A stretch of 64,000 nucleotides of DNA from contig CATNEN010000039.1 in the NCBI GenBank assembly GCA_950097015.1, positions 12,276,001 to 12,340,000 on the forward strand, given 5' to 3'. The notes beneath the pieces are model-generated. The model saw nothing but the letters and a program-made list of their open reading frames with translations, ran no database searches and was not told the origin of the DNA. Origin of the DNA: Macrostomum hystrix (Eukaryota > Animalia > Platyhelminthes). Both the position numbers and the translations under genes were made by a program. This document shows, piece after piece, positions 59,582 to 64,000 of this stretch (positions are counted from its first letter, which is position 1; every line of letters starts with the position of its first letter).

Positions 59582-62500
59582 ATGCGCTTGCAACTGATTT
59601 GTTTGTTAGTCACACTATTTGCATCTGTGTGTGTCTGTGTGGATCGTAGCAACTTCAAGACATGCGATCAATCTGGGTAAGCCTAAAAGTATATCTAAAC
59701 GATTTTTTGAATACTAAAAGGTTACATTATATATATTTTTATACTACCCACTTCATATATTTCATAAATTTTGAAGTAAATTTTAGTTATCATTTTTATT
59801 ATATAGCTAGCTAGCTAAGCCCTTATTCGGACTTTTAACTGTTGCTCTAAAAATTACAAACTGACCTTATGGTATTAAATATGCCTGCAATAATTAGAAC
59901 TCATTTTTTTAGCTACTTTCTTCATAAATATTCTGTAACAGCTTACAATTACAGGTCAGTCAGGATCCTGTCCAACTTAGTGAGACCTAAGTTAAGGTAT
60001 ATGGTTACTGTCAAAATTGTCTTATAATTTTGAAAACTTAGCTAACTTAACTAAATGCTAATATGATGGTTTTAAATAATTTTGATTCTACATTATAAGT
60101 GGAAGCTGATATTGCAAATCTCAAGAAGTAAAGAAAACTGTTTTACCTTAAAGTAGCACATATGCTTCAGAACATAAGGAAGAACTCTTAGTTCTAGAAA
60201 CACACTTCAATTTTTTTGGCTTAATTATATTGCAATGATATCAAGCTTATGTTTTTCTAAAGAAAGATTGTAAGATTATTTTAAGAAAATAATTAAGTAA
60301 CTATAACATGCTATTGCTACAGTGTACACTCTAGTCTGAGGCATTAGAATAGGCCCTAATTATGTAACCTGAAAGTAACTCTGAGATCAATTACACCTGA
60401 GAGCTGAGACCAAGGACAAGATGTACATGTACATATAAATTGCAGCCATAGTCAGGAAGGTGGCCTCTGAGGCGGGAAATTCTTGTGCACACCAAGGGTC
60501 TTGGCACACATTGGTGCACAAGTGCAGTGCACACAAAGGGTCTTGGGTTAACATAAGGTGCTTTTCTGTGTAGAGTCAGGGTTAGGGGACAGAAACAGCG
60601 CATAGATTGTCCCTCCAAAATTTATTCCGGCGCATGCTGTGCCACCTTCCTGACTATGGCATTGTAGTATACATAAATAAGTATTGTACATATGATAATT
60701 CATCCATTTTTACCTATATTGTGCATAATGACTCAATTGGCTCATTTATTCCCAGAGTAAAAATGTAAAAGTGTTAGAGTAAAAAATGGGGCAAATGGCT
60801 ATATTGGTACAGATGTCAAATTGGCAGGGTTTGTCTGATAACTTTTTAAGGCTATCTACTAATAAATGTAAAAAAATGGTTCAGTGGACAGTGTATTCTA
60901 GGAACTATTTTTTTTATTAATAAACATTTCAATTTCTATTGAGGTTACAATAATTTGTTAGTAAAATATCCCTTGTGGAACTCTAGGTTTACTTAAATCA
61001 AAACGTAAGTAATTTTTTAATCTAGCCTTGCAAATTAATTTAGTTACAAAGATAACTTTATAGAAAACAGTTGCTTGATTATTGTTGAAAAAATCCTGTT
61101 TAGTTTTCTATCCATTGTATTGCTAAAAGTACCAGCTAGATTTAAAACATTTAATTAGTTCTGTATTATACATCTATTGTGCATCATAAATAAAATCTGT
61201 TATATTGTATATTATCCAATTGTTGCAAATGGTCACTGCTTATATTGAGAAAACATTGGTAAGCAAACTTTAGCCAGGTAACTTGTAAGTAGTATATTAG
61301 GACCCATTTCATAGGTTATAATTTTTTATATAGATAAATCATATAAATTATATGCCAGCTTTAGAGAGTTACTAGCAAGTTTTGCCCCCCTTCCGGGAGC
61401 AGAAATATTTTTAATTCGTCCAGTATATACTTTTTAGCAGCTGTAGTTTCAGCTTTTTAAGCTACAATCATCCCCCAGTTGACAATGATCCCCCAGTCGA
61501 CAATGATTTCCCAGTTGACAATGATCCCCCCAGTTGATGATGACTCCCCATTGATGATGATCCCCAGTTGACATTGTTCCCCCAGTTGACAATGATCCCC
61601 CAGTTGACAATGATCCCCCAGTTGACAATGATTCCCCAGTTGACAATGATACCCAGTTGACAATGATCCCCCAATTGATGATGATCACCCAGTTGACAAT
61701 GATCCCCCAGTTGACAATGATCCCCCAGTTGACAATGATCCCCCAGTTGACAATGATTTCCCCAGTTGACAATGATCCCCCCAATTGATGATGATCACCC
61801 AGTTGACAATGATCCCCCAGTTGACAATGATTCCCCTAGTTGATAATTATAACCCAGTTGACAATCATCCCCCAGTTGGCAATGATCCCCCAGTTCAAAT
61901 TGATCCCCCAGTTGACAATGATCCCCCAGTTGACAATTATCCCCCCAGTTGACAATGATCCCCCAGTTGACAATGATTCCCCATTTGACAATGATCCCCC
62001 AGTTCACAATGATCCCCCAGATGATAATGAACCCCCAGTTGACAATGATCCCCCAGTTTACCATGTTTTACCAGTTTAGATGAAGCAACTTAGCTGAGTG
62101 TGTAGGAGGATTTTCACTGCCTGTCTCTCTCCCTACTGTCAGATTCTGCAAGAGGCATAGAAAATTTGCCGCCGACCAGGATGCAGCCAGCGGCGATGGC
62201 AGCGGCACCCAGTACCACGTGGATCCAGCTTCTATTACTACGGACGCTAATGGTCTCTCTGCTGCTCTGATTGAAGGTTCCACAGGCAAGCGTCTTAGCC
62301 TGCGCCTGACCCGCATAGCAACCGTTACTGGGCGAACGTTTCGTCTGCGAGTTACCGAATTCCCAGAGGAAGCCGCCAGGCCGAGATTCGAACCAACGCC
62401 CGGCGATTCGATTGTCGCCGATTTGACTGAAGCGCCGGTTGCTATTGACAACAAACAGTCTGATGGCAACTTGTACGTGTTGGAGGCCAAAGATGGAGCT

Positions 62501-64000
62501 AATGCTGTCCAGGTATTGCTCTGAGCCGTGCTCTGGGACCCTGAACAGATTGCCATTTCTACACTCATATCCAGCCACCCTATTAGGGTCCTTAAATTTT
62601 TAAGGACTCTTCATATATTTTTATTGACCCCCTAAGATTCTTAATGACCTCCTCAGATTGTTAATGACCCCCTCAGATTGTTAATGACCCCCCTCAGATT
62701 GTTAATGACCCCCTCAGATTGTTAATGACCCCCTCAGATTGTTAATGACCCCCTGAGATTGTTAATGACCCCCTCAGACTGTTAATGACCCCCTCAGATT
62801 GTTAATGACCCCCTCAGATTGTTAATGACCCCCCTCAGATTGTTAATGACCCCCCTCAGATTGTTAAGGACCCTTCATAGTTTTATTGACCCCCTGAGAT
62901 TCTTAATGACCTCCTCAGATTGTTAATGACCCCCTCAGATTGTTAATGACCCCCTCAGATTGTTAATGACCCCCCTCAGATTGTTAATGACCCCCTCAGA
63001 TTGTTAATGACCCCCTCAGATTGTTAATGACCCCCCTCAGATTGTTAAGGACCCTTCATAGTTTTATTGACCCCCTGAGATTCTTAATGACCTCCTCAGA
63101 TTGTTAATGACCCCTCAGATTGTTAATGACCCCCTCAGATTGTTAATGACCCCTCAGATTGTTAATGAACCCCTCAGATTGTTAATGAACCCCTCAGATT
63201 GTTAATAACCCCCCTCAGATTGTTAATGACCCCCCTCAGATTGTTAATGACCCCATAATATTATTCTGATACCTTGTTGTTCTGATATTGTTCTAGTAAA
63301 TTAATATTGTCTCCATTAACTTGCCATTTTGATCCCTGTTAGAAAATTATTGAGTCCATAAACGAGCATCTGAGTCCTTAATGACTCGAAGTATTGTATT
63401 ATATTACATGCCCCCAGCAGCCCAATGACATTTTCTATTCTTTACCTACAGGTCAAAGCTGCACTGCAGTTGAAGCCATTTCGCCTTGACTGCCTGCTGG
63501 GCGATCGCACACTCATTAGTGTCAACGCCAAGGGTCGCCTAATGTGGGAATTTCACAAGCCAAAGCCGGATGACGCGCCAGACAACGCCGACGGTCTCTA
63601 CGACGAAGAGTTCAAAGGTCACCGGGATTCCAAGCCGCACGGCTCGTCGTCTGTCGGCTTGGACATCGCTTTTCCCGGCTTTGAGCACGTCTATGGCCTT
63701 CCTGAGCACGCCGATAGTCTGGCATTGCGCAGCACTACCGGAGGCGATCCCTATCGACTGTACAATTTGGACGTGTTTGAATACGAATTGAACAATCCGA
63801 TGGCTCTGTACGGCAGTGTGCCTCTAATTTACGCCCATTCGGCTAATCACACTGTTGGCGCTTTCTGGCACAATCCAACTGAAACCTGGGTGGATGTTAA
63901 ATCGTCTAAGTCTAGCGGAGGCGGTCTCACCGCTCTGCTAACCAGCTTTGTCAAATCTGCCGAACCATCCGAGCCTCTTACAGAAACCCATTGGATGAGC
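59582..64000 (+). CDS. GANAB: Neutral alpha-glucosidase AB (glucosidase II alpha, GH31), 5' part
   Basis: Exons 59582-59676 (signal peptide + VDRSNFKTCDQSG), 62143-62512 (FCKRHR...) and 63452 to the window end (FKGHRDSKPHG..SVGLDIAFPGFEHVYGLPEHAD, PYRLYNLDVFEYE...LYGSVP). Confidence 0.95.
60446..60659. mobile_element. MITE family B, short copy in GANAB intron 1
   Basis: TIR CCATAGTCAGGAAGGTGGC..GCCACCTTCCTGACTATGG; degraded TSD aattgcag/cattgtag. Confidence 0.85.
61468..62060. repeat. Intronic minisatellite, ~18-bp unit (ccccagttgacaatgatc)
   Basis: 3' end of GANAB intron 1. Confidence 0.93.
62625..63255. repeat. Intronic minisatellite, ~20-21-bp unit (tgacccctcagattgttaa)
   Basis: GANAB intron 2. 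Confidence 0.93.

Overview
Eukaryotic (animal) genomic DNA, not prokaryotic. Spliced genes with GT-AG introns are mixed with dense minisatellites and transposons. The overall style suggests a free-living flatworm such as Macrostomum (inference, not verified). Genes reconstructed by hand, with intron phases checked: (1) an aminergic class A GPCR, minus strand, TM1-TM5 exons only; (2) a secreted PAN/apple + fibrinogen-C protein; (3) an intronless, divergent TRPV-like channel; (4) a 14-exon ADAM metalloprotease of about 1187 aa ending in a long PTT mucin stalk and a GPI-signal-like tail instead of a TM plus cytoplasmic domain; (5) a co-oriented minus-strand cluster JADE/PHF17-like > ARMC5 > MTHFS that looks like a trans-spliced operon; (6) the 5' part of GANAB. 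Mobile DNA: an intact, very compact Mag-type Ty3/Gypsy element (identical 236-bp LTRs, 5-bp TSD); a 2.36-kb TG..CA solo-LTR-like insert; two tRNA-derived SINE families; and a three-level nest (SINE > decayed PHD/FLYWCH-MULE transposon > three MITEs and a solo LTR). Most introns and spacers between about 17 and 52 kb, and again after 61 kb, each carry their own minisatellite, many sharing a GGGTCA/TGACCC core. Most ORF-track entries are repeat artefacts. No CRISPR array, rRNA or bona fide tRNA gene was seen.
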